A stretch of 32,000 bases of DNA from an archaeon (GCA_024277355.1 JAJRVL010000004.1:300001-332000), one strand, 5' to 3'; positions 17,300 to 27,519 are shown, numbered from the stretch's first letter. The notes: generated from the letters alone by a model not told the origin. A program made the numbers and translations.

Positions 17300-17315
17300 G
17301 CCCTTTAAACAGGGC
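17300..17315. promoter_or_regulatory. Inverted repeat GCCCT-TTAAAC-AGGGC around a TATA-like core
   Basis: Perfect 5-bp GC-rich arms in the short divergent region between the S8e gene and the 17354 gene. Confidence 0.35.
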
Positions 17316-17353
17316 AGTATTTTTAAAGCTTTAAATCCATATAATTTACTGCC

Positions 17354-17854
17354 ATGATCTACAAAAAAAATAAACTTTTTTGTTCAATAAAAACAGGCAA
17401 AGTAAAAATAAATTCTATTGCTAAAAGTATAAAAAGTATTATGTTAAAGGAAAAAAGCCTTTTTGTGCTGTTTAACCTTAATTCTACTCCTTCAATAAGC
17501 CATATTATTTTCTGCATTAATTCAATTCCTGAAAAATTCACTGCAATAGACTTTTTAATTAAATTAACAGGAGAAAAACAACTTTCTTTAATTAGAAAAA
17601 AAACTGAATTAAACAAAACTAAAAATGCTTGTTTAATTGTATTTGAATCAAATAAAATTAAAGCTAAAAAAATTTCTGAAAAAATAAGCAAAGAAATTGG
17701 ATTAAAAGAAAACAAAGAAATTTCATCTGAAAAAAGACTTAAAGAATTAATTAAAAAAGAAAAATTAAATAAAAAAATACTTAATGGATTTGGCGAAGAC
17801 TTTTATTCTTCTGTGAACAATTTTTTTATTGAAAAAAGTGCTGTGGTTAAATGA
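17354..17854 (+). CDS. Possible KEOPS subunit Cgi121-like protein
   Basis: IDFLIKLTGEKQLSLIRKK...NACLIVFE resembles the Cgi121 core. Weak, motif-level only. Confidence 0.45.
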   Translation: MIYKKNKLFCSIKTGKVKINSIAKSIKSIMLKEKSLFVLFNLNSTPSISHIIFCINSIPEKFTAIDFLIKLTGEKQLSLIRKKTELNKTKNACLIVFESNKIKAKKISEKISKEIGLKENKEISSEKRLKELIKKEKLNKKILNGFGEDFYSSVNNFFIEKSAVVK

Positions 17855-19281
17855 AAAAAGTTTCTGCCGAAGGCAATTTTGATAAAACTTTGAAAAAAGT
17901 TTTTGTTGTTTTATTGTTAATTGTTTTTCTTGGTTTTTTGTTAAGAGTTCCGGATTTTGTTTTTGATTCTTTTGGAGAACCAGATAACTATTTTCATTTA
18001 AGAATGATAAAAAAAGTAGTTGAAGAAAAAAGTGTTCCTGAATTTGATGAATTGTCAATGCAAGGCAGATATTATTCTTATGCGCCTTTATACCATGTAA
18101 TTTTTGCGGAATTATATTTGTTTTCAGAATTAGATTTTGAGTTTTTGCTTCATTTGTTTCCAATATTATACGGTTTAATGGGAATTTTTTTAGTTTTTGT
18201 TTTTGCAAGAAAAATTTTTAATGAAAAAATAGGATTATATTCAGCGTTTTTTTTGTCTACAATGATGTATCATATGATTAGAACTTCAGGTAATTCAAGA
18301 CCTGACGGATTAGCCTTGCTTTTAATTCCTGCAGTACTTTATTTAATTTACACTAAAAAATACAAAATAGCTTTTTTGCTTGGAATTACACAAATGATAC
18401 TGCATCCGCTTTCTTCATTTAATTTAATTCTTTTTTTATTAGTGTGGATTGTAATTGCTAAAACTAAAAAAATAGAAATTGCAGTAAAAAAAATTTTATT
18501 AATAATTGAAGGCATGCTTTTAGTTTTTCTTTTATGGCTTAATTCTCTGCCTTATCATTATTCAGAGTATGTTTCAAAAGTTTCATTTGAATCAAGTGAA
18601 ATGGCTAAATCAACTTTATTTACCCAATTAACTTTAATGCTTTATTCATGGGTTTTTATTTTAATTGCATTATTCAAAACAGAAAAAAAGAATTATTTTT
18701 TGATTGTGTGGTTTATGTTTGAATTATTTTACGGAGTGTTTGGAACAAGATTAGGAATTTTTGTTTCTTTTCCTGCAGCAATCCTTGCAGGGCAAGGTTT
18801 TTCAATTATAATAGAAAAAGTAAAACCTTATGCAAAGATTTTTTTTGTTTTAATTTTATTTATGGGTTTAATGATTTATATTCCAAATGTACAGTTTCCT
18901 GGAAAAAGTTTAAGTTCCACAGAAAAAAATGCAATGAAATGGTTAAACGAATTCACAGAAAAAGACATTAATATTCTTTCTTCCTGGGACAGAGGACATC
19001 CTTTAGCTGAAATAACAAAAAGAAAAGTAGTAATTGACGGTTACTTTGAGTTTGCACCTCAATTAAATGAAAGAAATAATTCCATAAAAGAAATCAGTTC
19101 AACTTCAGATTGTAATAAAATTAAAACTGAAGCAGAAAAATTTAATTCAAATTACTTTTTTGTTTTTAATACAGCAATAAAATCAAAAACATACAAAAAT
19201 GGTTTGCTTGAAGCAGAATGCGATTTTATGAATTATATTTTTGACAGTGATTCATCTAAAATAATTCAATTTACTAATTAA
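17851..19281 (+). CDS. Short GT-C/STT3 (AglB)-like membrane glycosyltransferase or oligosaccharyltransferase homolog
   Basis: EPDNYFHLRMIKKVVEE in first loop, many TM helices, then soluble segment NILSSWDRGHPLAEITKRKVVIDGYF resembling a degenerate WWDxG motif. Confidence 0.65.
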   Translation: MKKVSAEGNFDKTLKKVFVVLLLIVFLGFLLRVPDFVFDSFGEPDNYFHLRMIKKVVEEKSVPEFDELSMQGRYYSYAPLYHVIFAELYLFSELDFEFLLHLFPILYGLMGIFLVFVFARKIFNEKIGLYSAFFLSTMMYHMIRTSGNSRPDGLALLLIPAVLYLIYTKKYKIAFLLGITQMILHPLSSFNLILFLLVWIVIAKTKKIEIAVKKILLIIEGMLLVFLLWLNSLPYHYSEYVSKVSFESSEMAKSTLFTQLTLMLYSWVFILIALFKTEKKNYFLIVWFMFELFYGVFGTRLGIFVSFPAAILAGQGFSIIIEKVKPYAKIFFVLILFMGLMIYIPNVQFPGKSLSSTEKNAMKWLNEFTEKDINILSSWDRGHPLAEITKRKVVIDGYFEFAPQLNERNNSIKEISSTSDCNKIKTEAEKFNSNYFFVFNTAIKSKTYKNGLLEAECDFMNYIFDSDSSKIIQFTN

Positions 19282-19289
19282 GTGATTTA

Positions 19290-19835
19290 ATGACAGAATA
19301 CCTTGATGTAATAAATAAAAACAATGAAATAACAGGAAAAAAAACAAGAAAAGAAATTCATGAAAAAGGATTAATGCATAAATCTGTTCATGTCTGGATT
19401 TTAAATGAAAAAAAAGAAGTTTTATGCAATTTAAGAAACAAAAATAAAGATTTGTTTGCTGGTTTATGGGATGCTGTTTTCGGCGAACACTTAAAAACAG
19501 GAGAAAATTTTGAAACAGCAGCAGTAAGAGGCATAAAAGAAGAATTAGGAATTAAAACAAATAAAAAAAATTTAATTGAATTAGGAATAAATAAAGAAAA
19601 ACAAAAAGATTCAGAAAAAAATTTATTTAATAATGAATTCCAGAAAATTTTTTTATTTAAAACCACAAAAAAAATAAATGAATTAAAATTTCAAAAAACT
19701 GAAATAGAAAAAATAAAATTCATTGAAATAAATAAATTAAAAGAAATTTTAAAACAAGAAAAAATGAATTTTATTCCTAAAAATAAATATTATTTGAAAA
19801 TAATCAAAAAAATAAAAACAGAGTACAATTTATAA
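19290..19835 (+). CDS. NUDIX hydrolase, isopentenyl-diphosphate isomerase-like/YfcD-like subgroup
   Basis: EYLDVINKNNEITGKKTRKEIHEKGLMHKSVHVWILN...GLWDAVFGEHLKTGENFETAAVRGIKEELGI. Confidence 0.8.
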   Translation: MTEYLDVINKNNEITGKKTRKEIHEKGLMHKSVHVWILNEKKEVLCNLRNKNKDLFAGLWDAVFGEHLKTGENFETAAVRGIKEELGIKTNKKNLIELGINKEKQKDSEKNLFNNEFQKIFLFKTTKKINELKFQKTEIEKIKFIEINKLKEILKQEKMNFIPKNKYYLKIIKKIKTEYNL

Positions 19836-19879
19836 TAGTTTTTTACTTATTATTAATAACTTTTGCAGAAGGGGGATAA

Positions 19880-20941
19880 ATGAAATCTTTAATGGAAGAC
19901 GTATTAAATTCAAATAACCAGACTAAAACTGGATCAAACGAAGAATTTTTAGCTCCAAGAATAATGGTAATTGGAGCAGGCGGAGCAGGATGCAACACTG
20001 TAAACAGAATTTCAAATATTGGAGCAGCAGGCGCTCAATTAGTTGCAGTTAACACAGACAAACAGCATTTGTCTATAATCAATGATGAATTAACTAAAAT
20101 TTTAATTGGAAAAAGTGTAACAAGAGGATTAGGAGCAGGCGGATACCCTGAAATAGGAAGAAAATCTGCTGAAATTTCACGTAAAGCATTAGAAGAAGTT
20201 TTAAGCAATGTAGACATGCTTTTTATTTCTGCTGGAATGGGCGGAGGAACAGGAACAGGTTCAGCACCAGTAATAGCAGAAATAGCAAAACAACAAGGCG
20301 CAATAGTAATTTCAATTGTAACTTATCCTTTTGCATTAGAAAAAGCCAGACTACTTAAAGCAGAAGACGGATTACAGCAATTAAATGCAGTCAGCGATAC
20401 TTTAGTTGTAATTGACAACAACAGATTAGTTGAATTAGTGCCTAATTTACCAATACAAGATGCATTTAAAGTAGCAGACGAAGTAACAGCAAGAACAGTA
20501 AGAGGAATAACAGAAACAATAACCCAACCTTCATTAATTAACTTAGATTTCGCTGACATTAAAAGTGTTATGGGCAATAAAGGATTAAGTGTAATTGCAG
20601 TAGGAGAATCAAAATCAAACAACAAAGTAGAAGAAGTAGTACAAGAAACACTAAAAAATTCTTTATTAGATGTTGATATTTCTGGTGCAACAGGAGCATT
20701 AATTCATATTACCGGAGGCCCAGAATTAACTTTAGGAGAAGCAAATCAAGTAGGCGAATTACTAACTGAAAGAATTGACCCTAAAGCAACAGTCATCTGG
20801 GGTTCAAGAGTTGACCCAACATTTGAAAACAAAATAGAAGTAATCTCAATTTTTACAGGGTTATCAGAAAAAGAAGTTAAAGGAATGAAAATTCAAAACC
20901 AAAAAAAAGACAAACAAGGATTAAATTTAGGTTTTATATAA
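19880..20941 (+). CDS. ftsZ: Cell division protein FtsZ
   Basis: [69 protein letters not shown]. Confidence 0.97.
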   Translation: MKSLMEDVLNSNNQTKTGSNEEFLAPRIMVIGAGGAGCNTVNRISNIGAAGAQLVAVNTDKQHLSIINDELTKILIGKSVTRGLGAGGYPEIGRKSAEISRKALEEVLSNVDMLFISAGMGGGTGTGSAPVIAEIAKQQGAIVISIVTYPFALEKARLLKAEDGLQQLNAVSDTLVVIDNNRLVELVPNLPIQDAFKVADEVTARTVRGITETITQPSLINLDFADIKSVMGNKGLSVIAVGESKSNNKVEEVVQETLKNSLLDVDISGATGALIHITGGPELTLGEANQVGELLTERIDPKATVIWGSRVDPTFENKIEVISIFTGLSEKEVKGMKIQNQKKDKQGLNLGFI

Positions 20942-20944
20942 AAC

Positions 20945-21032
20945 AAACTTTTTCGGAAAAAGTTTAATAAAAACAATCTTCTAAAAAAAAAGGTTGAATA
21001 AAAACTTTTATCAGCTTTTTCCAAAAAGTTTT
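20945..21032. terminator. Hairpin pair between convergent ftsZ and the 21031..21396 gene
   Basis: AAACTTTTT-CGG-AAAAAGTTT (20945-20965) and AAAACTTTT...AAAAGTTTT (21001-21032). Confidence 0.5.
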
Positions 21033-21396
21033 AATTTTCAATTTTAATTGTTATTTGTTCGTCTTTGCTTTCTAAAACATAATTATAGTCTTCAAAGTGT
21101 TCTGAAACATTTAATAAAGCAGTATAATTTCCTGTTTCAACAACTTTTGAAGGAAAAATTTCATAAGAAAATTTTCTTGTTTGCCCCTGCATTAATTTTT
21201 GTGCGATTCTTTTTCTTACAATTCTGTTTAATCCAGCTTTATCTAATCCTAACTGAGGAGGCAGTTCCAAAGAAAAAGAAACAAGCTTTGGTTTAATTCC
21301 ATTATTTGAAATAGTAAAACTTAATTCAATTGGTTCACGATTTTTTAATTTCATTCTAAAAGGAAATAAACTTGTTTTAACATTTAATCCAGCCAT
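21031..21396 (-). CDS. Hypothetical protein, probable beta-sandwich
   Basis: Pattern LKNREPIELSFTISNNGIKPKLVSFSLELP...GNYTALLNVSEHF resembles Ig-like folds; no firm family. Confidence 0.6.
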   Translation of the reverse strand: MAGLNVKTSLFPFRMKLKNREPIELSFTISNNGIKPKLVSFSLELPPQLGLDKAGLNRIVRKRIAQKLMQGQTRKFSYEIFPSKVVETGNYTALLNVSEHFEDYNYVLESKDEQITIKIEN

Positions 21397-21469
21397 TATC
21401 TCACCCTTAACAAATATAGTATATTTATGCTAAAAAAAGTTAATAAATAGAATAGTGCTAAATTTTAAT

Positions 21470-22030
21470 ATGCCTCCTAAAAAAAAAGCTTTTTTAATTT
21501 CAGGATTGTGCGGTTCAGGAAAAACAACTTTATCACAAGCTATTACTAAAAAATTTAACGGGCATCACATAACATTTACAACAAAACTGGCGGGTAAAAA
21601 AAGCGGAAGAGGTTCTGTAGCAAAAGCCATAAAACGTTATTTAAAACTTAGAAACAAAGTAAAAACTGAAGCAGTTGCAGACAGCTATCAAGATTTCATA
21701 AAAAGCGGGAAAACTTCTCTTGTATTAGACGGAATAATAAGTCCAACAGAAATAAATGAACTAAGAAAAATTGATTCAACTATAGAAATTAACACAATTT
21801 TTATTTCAGCACAAAAAAAAAGAAGAGTTTCATTAGTTCAATTAAGACATCCTAACAAAGGAGGCGGAACAAAATTAAGAAGTTTTCTTTGGGTAAAATT
21901 TATGGATTTATTGCATAACCGGCTTTTAGGAGTTGACTTAGAAAGTTTAAAAAAACAAAGTAATATAACTATAGAAAACAATGGAACTAAAACTGATTTA
22001 ATCAGAAAAGCAACTGAAAAAATTAAATAA
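21470..22030 (+). CDS. P-loop NTPase, nucleotide kinase-like
   Basis: Walker A ISGLCGSGKTTLS; LVLDGIISPTE. Start set at internal ATG (MPPKKKAF); the supplied ORF starts at 21455. Confidence 0.7.
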   Translation: MPPKKKAFLISGLCGSGKTTLSQAITKKFNGHHITFTTKLAGKKSGRGSVAKAIKRYLKLRNKVKTEAVADSYQDFIKSGKTSLVLDGIISPTEINELRKIDSTIEINTIFISAQKKRRVSLVQLRHPNKGGGTKLRSFLWVKFMDLLHNRLLGVDLESLKKQSNITIENNGTKTDLIRKATEKIK

Positions 22031-22034
22031 TAAA

Positions 22035-24305
22035 CTAGTCTTCTTTATATTCAGCGTCAATTAATTTTCTTATTTCTTTAGCTTTTTTTTCGCCGATTTT
22101 ATCTGTTTTCATTAATTTTTTTTCATCAGCATTAAATATTTTTTTAACTGAACCAAATTTTTTCAGTAAATTTTTAGCTAAAGTTGGGCCGATTAAAGGC
22201 AGAGATTCAACTACAAACTGCTGTAATTCAGGAACAGACAATCCTTTTCTTCCCACTCTTAAACGAATTTCTTTTGCTTTACCTATTTGTTCCCGTTTAG
22301 CAATCAAATGAAGATAAGAAACAGTTTCTTTAACTGAATCAGAAAACAAAATTGGAACCTGATAATCCAATAAAATTGAACTTAAAGCGCCTTTAACTGC
22401 ATTTTCATGAATATTTCTTAAAGTAAATAATTCTTGTTTGTTTCCTTCAACAATCATTAAAGGTTTCTTGCAGTTAGCAGACAAATCAATTAACTGAGAA
22501 AATAATCTTCCATCTAACATTGAACTTAAAAAATCTTCAACAGTTTTTCTTTCAACGATTACTTCATCACTTAAAACATAATCTCCTATTTCTAATTGTT
22601 TTACTTTAACTGAAACATTTTCATACTGACTTAATTCTCTTACAGCATTTGATGCTTGTTCTCTTGAATCAACAAAAATTAAAATTAAATCTTTGTTGCC
22701 TGAAAAAGAATTCAAAGTTGTCTGAGAATCCATTTTTCTTGAATTATTTTCTTTGCTTAAATCTGAATTCATTGACTTCATTTTATTCAAAACAGATTTC
22801 ATTTTTTTTTCTTTTGCCATGCTGCTCCAGTAAAAAGCTTCATCTCTTGTAGCTTTAGCCATTAAAATAATTGTTTTTCCTTTAGATACTCTTCCTGTTC
22901 TTCCTCTTCTTTGAATAGTTCTTATTTCAGATGGAACAGGCTCAAAAAATACAACTAAATCAACTTCAGGAATATCAATTCCTTCTTCTGCAACCGAAGT
23001 GCAGATTAAAGCATTATATTTTCCTTCCCTTAAATCCTGTATAGTTTGAATTTGCTGTTTTTGATTCATTCCTTTGTCATTTTGTTTTGAAGCCTGCCCA
23101 ATAAATTTTTTTGCTTTAATTTCAGGAAAAACATTTAATTGTTTTTCAAGAAAAGAAGCTGATTCACGATAATGATTAAAAACTAAAACTTTACTTGCAG
23201 GATTTTCATTAAACTGTTTTTTTAATAAATTAATTAACTCTAAAAGTTTTGGGTGTTCAACTTTTTTTTCTTGTAACTTTTTTGCTAAAGAAATTGCTTT
23301 TAAAACAGATTTATCTGATAAAATAGATTTTGCAGCTTTAGTTTTCTGGTCTTTTTCTAATCTAAAAAAATAATCATTCAAAGAATTAATGCCTTGTGTT
23401 TCTAATAATAATTCTGCATGCGAAACTTTCAGTAAAGCTGCAAGTCTTGAAATTGCAGTAAACAAAGCAGGTTTTTTTTCTGGATCAGAAGCAATAGCTT
23501 TTCTTATTTTTGACTGCATTTCAAGCAAATCAATTTTTCTTATATATTGGACTGAAATACTTTTAGCAAAACCAAATTTTTTTAAAAAAACTAATTGTTC
23601 TTTCATGAAATTTCTAAGCAAAGCTTTAATTTCCAGAAATTCAGGAGGCAGATTAACTTTAATCCATTCAACTTCAATTTCATTTACATAAGGCATTACA
23701 TCTAAATCTTTTTCTGATTTAATTTCAATGTTTTTAATAAATAAATTCCTGCATACATCATCAATTCTTTCTTTTTTTCCGCCTGGAGAAGCAGTTAACC
23801 CTAAAATTAAACCTTTAGGATTTTGTTTCAGGTAATTTAATGCCAAAAAAACATAACTGTAATCTCCTACAGCTTTATGTGCTTCATCAAAAACAATCAA
23901 AGAAATTTCCTTGAAAGAAATTTTTCCCTGCAGTAAATCATTTTCAATTGACTGAGGAGTAGCAGAAATAATTCTTGAATTCTCCCATAAAGGAATTCTT
24001 TTAACTGAAGGAATTGAACCAGTCATTAAAGAAATTTGGTTTTCAGGCAAATTCAAAAATTTAATAAAAGAATTATAATGCTGTACAGCTAAAGGTTTAG
24101 TTGGAGAAAACATTAAAATTTTTTTTTCAGGTTGTTTTTCTAACAAAAAAGCTGAAACCATTGAAGCTACAATAGTTTTACCTAAAGCAGTCGGCGCTAC
24201 TACTAATGAATTTCCTTTCTCTAAAACTCTTGCAGTTAAAACTTCCTGATAAATTCTTGATTCAATTGAGTTTTCTTTAATTAAAGGATGCTTTACAAAA
24301 CCCAT
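22035..24305 (-). CDS. hef: Hef-type helicase/XPF-family structure-specific nuclease
   Basis: VVAPTALGKTIVASMV, LIVFDEAHKAVGDYSY, EEGIDIPEVDLV, QRRGRTGR; ERCC4 motif IFVDSREQASNAV...GDYVLSDEVIVERKTVEDF; C-terminal HhH. Confidence 0.95.
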   Translation of the reverse strand: MGFVKHPLIKENSIESRIYQEVLTARVLEKGNSLVVAPTALGKTIVASMVSAFLLEKQPEKKILMFSPTKPLAVQHYNSFIKFLNLPENQISLMTGSIPSVKRIPLWENSRIISATPQSIENDLLQGKISFKEISLIVFDEAHKAVGDYSYVFLALNYLKQNPKGLILGLTASPGGKKERIDDVCRNLFIKNIEIKSEKDLDVMPYVNEIEVEWIKVNLPPEFLEIKALLRNFMKEQLVFLKKFGFAKSISVQYIRKIDLLEMQSKIRKAIASDPEKKPALFTAISRLAALLKVSHAELLLETQGINSLNDYFFRLEKDQKTKAAKSILSDKSVLKAISLAKKLQEKKVEHPKLLELINLLKKQFNENPASKVLVFNHYRESASFLEKQLNVFPEIKAKKFIGQASKQNDKGMNQKQQIQTIQDLREGKYNALICTSVAEEGIDIPEVDLVVFFEPVPSEIRTIQRRGRTGRVSKGKTIILMAKATRDEAFYWSSMAKEKKMKSVLNKMKSMNSDLSKENNSRKMDSQTTLNSFSGNKDLILIFVDSREQASNAVRELSQYENVSVKVKQLEIGDYVLSDEVIVERKTVEDFLSSMLDGRLFSQLIDLSANCKKPLMIVEGNKQELFTLRNIHENAVKGALSSILLDYQVPILFSDSVKETVSYLHLIAKREQIGKAKEIRLRVGRKGLSVPELQQFVVESLPLIGPTLAKNLLKKFGSVKKIFNADEKKLMKTDKIGEKKAKEIRKLIDAEYKED

Positions 24306-24475
24306 ACAAAAAAAAACAAGGAATTACATTAAAAACTAATCCAACTAAACTGCCGGTGAACTAAATTCAGCTAAAACAACAGAAAAAAGCTTTGAATTCA
24401 AAAAAAACCTTAAAAAAAGGATAAATTTTTAAATAAAGCAACCTTATTGTTTATTGACTAAAAGGAGGCGTTTTA

Positions 24476-24679
24476 ATGACTGAATTGCCTTTAGCAGCAT
24501 TAGATAGAATAATAAGAAAAAGTTCAGGTTTAAGAGTAAGCGAAAGTGCTTCAAAAGAATTAGGTTTATTTTTAGAAACAGAAGGAGAAAAAATTTCAAG
24601 AACTGCAGCAGAATTCGCAAAACATGCAGGAAGAAAAACAATTATTGATGCAGACATAAAATTAGCAGTAAAAAAATAA
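24476..24679 (+). CDS. Archaeal histone (HMf-like)
   Basis: ELPLAALDRIIRKSSGLRVSESASKELGLFLETEGEKISRTAAEFAKHAGRKTIIDADIKLAVKK; SD-like AAAGGAGG upstream. Confidence 0.96.
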   Translation: MTELPLAALDRIIRKSSGLRVSESASKELGLFLETEGEKISRTAAEFAKHAGRKTIIDADIKLAVKK

Positions 24680-24721
24680 TCACAGAATTTCCTTTAATTT
24701 TTTTAAAGCAATTTCCTGTAC

Positions 24722-25258
24722 TTATTTTTCACTTAAATTTTCTGTGTCAATAATTAAATTAAATTTTTCAAGTTCTTCTCCTAAAGTAAATCCATATAAT
24801 TTTTTGTAAATTTCAGCTGTTTTTTCTTCTTTTGATTTAATTGCTTTAAGTATTTCTTCAAAAGTTCTGCAGTTTCTTTTAGTAATTCTTTTTGCTCTTG
24901 TTTCAAGTGAAGCATTAAGCCAGATTTTAAATCCTTTTTTGCTTAAATAACCCATAGTCCATGAATCCATTACAATATTTCCTTGTTCAATAAATTCAAG
25001 TAATTTTTTATCTAATATTTTATCAAATTCTGATTGTTCAAGTCTTTTTTCAATTAATTTTCTTCCTTTACTGCTTTCCCATAAACCTTTATTTCCAATG
25101 TTATTTTCTTCAGTTAAATGAGTATTATTATTTTCAATTATTTCTTTTAACAAAGCAGAAGTATGAATACATTTTAAATTGAATTCTTCTGCAATTTTAT
25201 CAACTAAATTGCTTTTTCCTGAACCACTTAAACCAGAAACAATCACAACTTTATTCAT
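24722..25258 (-). CDS. P-loop nucleotide kinase, archaeal cytidylate kinase-like
   Basis: VIVSGLSGSGKSNLVDKIAEEF...VMDSWTMGYL...IWLNASLETRAKRITKR. Confidence 0.7.
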   Translation of the reverse strand: MNKVVIVSGLSGSGKSNLVDKIAEEFNLKCIHTSALLKEIIENNNTHLTEENNIGNKGLWESSKGRKLIEKRLEQSEFDKILDKKLLEFIEQGNIVMDSWTMGYLSKKGFKIWLNASLETRAKRITKRNCRTFEEILKAIKSKEEKTAEIYKKLYGFTLGEELEKFNLIIDTENLSEK

Positions 25259-25311
25259 ACAAAAAAAGGGTTTGTATTTGTATTTAAACTTTAGCTTTCA
25301 AAGAGTTTTTA

Positions 25312-26061
25312 ATGGACTCAAAAGAAAAATACAAAAAATTAGTTAAAAAAACAAAAGAATTCTTTGAAAAACAAAGGTTTCATAAAGCAGTAATTGGTTT
25401 AAGCGGAGGAATTGATTCCTCTTTAACTGCAAAAATTGTTTCTGACGCAATAGGCAAAGAAAATGTAATTGGAATAATAATGCCTGAAAAAACTAACAGT
25501 CCTGAAAGCAAAGAATATGCATTAAATTTAGCTGAACAAATAGGAATTAAAACAGTTGAAGTAAACATAAATGAATTTTTCAAGCCTTTTTATAAAATGC
25601 TTCCATGGGAACAAAACCGTGCATCAAAAACAAACTTAAAGCCAAGAATACGAATGATTGTATTATACAATTACGCAAACAAAAATAATGCTTTAGTAGT
25701 AGGAACATCCAATAAATCAGAATTAATGTTAGGTTATTTTACTAAACACGGAGACGGAGCAACAGATTTCACTCCAATCGCAGACTTATATAAAACAGAA
25801 GTGTTTGAAATAAGCAAAATAGCAGAAATTCCAGAAAAAATAATTCAAAGAAAACCTTCAGCTGAATTAGAAGAAAATCAATTTGATGAAGATGAATTAG
25901 GTTTAAGTTATAAAGAAATAGATGAAATTTTAATCAACGTAGAAAAAGGAAAACAAGAAAAAGAATTAATCGAAATGTTTGGAGAAAAAACAAAAAAAAT
26001 AATTGAAAGAATGGAATTAAACAAACATAAAACCTGCATGATAGAAAAAATTGAATTTTAA
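25312..26061 (+). CDS. nadE: NH3-dependent NAD+ synthase
   Basis: AVIGLSGGIDSSLTAKIVSDAIG, NYANKNNALVVGTSNKSELMLGYFTKHGDGATDFTPIADLYKTEVF, KPSAELEENQFDEDELGLSY. Confidence 0.95.
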   Translation: MDSKEKYKKLVKKTKEFFEKQRFHKAVIGLSGGIDSSLTAKIVSDAIGKENVIGIIMPEKTNSPESKEYALNLAEQIGIKTVEVNINEFFKPFYKMLPWEQNRASKTNLKPRIRMIVLYNYANKNNALVVGTSNKSELMLGYFTKHGDGATDFTPIADLYKTEVFEISKIAEIPEKIIQRKPSAELEENQFDEDELGLSYKEIDEILINVEKGKQEKELIEMFGEKTKKIIERMELNKHKTCMIEKIEF

Positions 26062-26101
26062 CTGAAAAAACTATAAAAAAAATAATTAAAAAAATTAATT
26101 T

Positions 26102-26935
26102 ATGATTTTTATGTTAAGCAAAGAAATGAAACAAAAATTAATTTCTTTTGTAAAAGAAGACATCTCAAAAAAAGACATAACAACAGAATTAATTACAGAA
26201 AAAAAAGTTAACGCAGTAATTAAATTAAAAGAAAACTCAGTAATTTCAGGTTTAGAAGAAGCAGGATTTTTGTTTAATTATTTTGGAATTAAAACAAAAA
26301 TTTATGCAAAAAACGGAAAAAAATATTCAAAAGGAAAAATTTTAATTAAACTTTATGGAAGCAATAAAAAAATTCTTTCAACTGAAAGAACTGCATTAAA
26401 TATTTTAAGCAGAATGTCAGGAATAGCAGTAATTTCATTTAAAGCACAAAAAATCGCAGGGAAAAACTGTAAAATAATGTTAACAAGAAAAACATCTCCA
26501 GGATTAAATGAATTTGACAAAAAAGCAGGAAAAGAAGCAGGCGTTTTATCTCATAGAAAAAATTTAAATGCTGCTTTTTTAATTAAAGAAAATCACTTAA
26601 AATTTAATTCAATTACAGAATTAATTAAAAAAGCAAAACAAACAAACAAAAATAAAAAAAATAAAAAAATCATTGAAGTTGAAGTAAAAAATTTCAAAGA
26701 AATCAGGGAAGCCGTTCAGGCAAAACCAGATGTAATATTATTAGACAATTTTTCAGTTAAAAATGCAAAAAAAGCAATAAAAGAAATCAAAAAAACAAAA
26801 ATTAAAATTGAATTATCAGGAAACATTAATTTTTCAAATTTAAAGAATTATGCAGAATTAAAGCCTGATTTTATTTCAATGGGTTTTTTGACGCATTCAG
26901 TTAAAGGAATAAATTTAACTTTACTTTTAATTTAA
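26102..26935 (+). CDS. nadC: Nicotinate-nucleotide pyrophosphorylase (quinolinate phosphoribosyltransferase)
   Basis: KKDITTELI, LSTERTALNILSRMSGIAV, LTRKTSPGLNEFDKKAGKEAGVLSHRKNL, IEVEVKNFKEIREAVQAKPDVILLDNF. Confidence 0.92.
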   Translation: MIFMLSKEMKQKLISFVKEDISKKDITTELITEKKVNAVIKLKENSVISGLEEAGFLFNYFGIKTKIYAKNGKKYSKGKILIKLYGSNKKILSTERTALNILSRMSGIAVISFKAQKIAGKNCKIMLTRKTSPGLNEFDKKAGKEAGVLSHRKNLNAAFLIKENHLKFNSITELIKKAKQTNKNKKNKKIIEVEVKNFKEIREAVQAKPDVILLDNFSVKNAKKAIKEIKKTKIKIELSGNINFSNLKNYAELKPDFISMGFLTHSVKGINLTLLLI

Positions 26936-26943
26936 TTTTTAAA

Positions 26944-27519
26944 GTGAAACAAATGAAAATAGGTTTATTTGGAGGGTCATTTGATCCAGTGCATTTTGGG
27001 CATTTAATTTCAGCCAAACAAATAATAGACAAAAAAATATGCGATGAAATCTGGTTTATTCCCTGTTTTCAGAATCCACTCAAAAAAAAACCAACTAAAG
27101 CAGAACACAGAAAAAAAATGATTGAAATAGCAATAAAAAATGAAAAACAAATTAAATTAAATGAAACTGAATTAAATCAAAAAAAAACCACTTATACTAT
27201 TGACACTATTAAGAAACTCAAAAAAGAATTTCCTGAACATGAATTTTATTTTGTTATTGGAAGCAAAGTATTAAAAGAAATAAATGAATGGAAAGATTAT
27301 TTGGAACTGCTTAAAGAAGTAAAATTAATTGTTCTGCCTAATCCTTTCACTGAAATTCCTGAAGAAATAAAAAAATTTAATCCAATTGAATTAAATTCAA
27401 CTTTAAGCAGTAATATTTCTTCTACTTTAATCAGAAAAAAAATAAAAGAAAACAAAAATGTTTTAAGTTTACTTCCAGAAACTGTTTTTGATTATATAAA
27501 AGAAAATAAATTATATTAA
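26944..27519 (+). CDS. nadD: Nicotinate-nucleotide adenylyltransferase, bacterial type
   Basis: KIGLFGGSFDPVHFGHLISAKQI, WFIPCFQNPLKKKPTKAEHRKKMIEIAI, TYTIDTIKKLKKEFPEHEFYFVIGSKVL, ISSTLIRKKI. Confidence 0.95.
   Translation: MKQMKIGLFGGSFDPVHFGHLISAKQIIDKKICDEIWFIPCFQNPLKKKPTKAEHRKKMIEIAIKNEKQIKLNETELNQKKTTYTIDTIKKLKKEFPEHEFYFVIGSKVLKEINEWKDYLELLKEVKLIVLPNPFTEIPEEIKKFNPIELNSTLSSNISSTLIRKKIKENKNVLSLLPETVFDYIKENKLY

Noticed and set aside
17765-18208. 147-aa ORF antisense to the STT3-like gene
   Set aside because: Low-complexity Phe/Leu/Lys/Asn sequence opposite a well-supported gene, typical of antisense frames in AT-rich DNA.
24409-24425. CCTT-AAAAA-AAGG-type small palindrome upstream of the histone gene
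   Set aside because: Only four paired bases with an A-rich loop; expected by chance in this composition.
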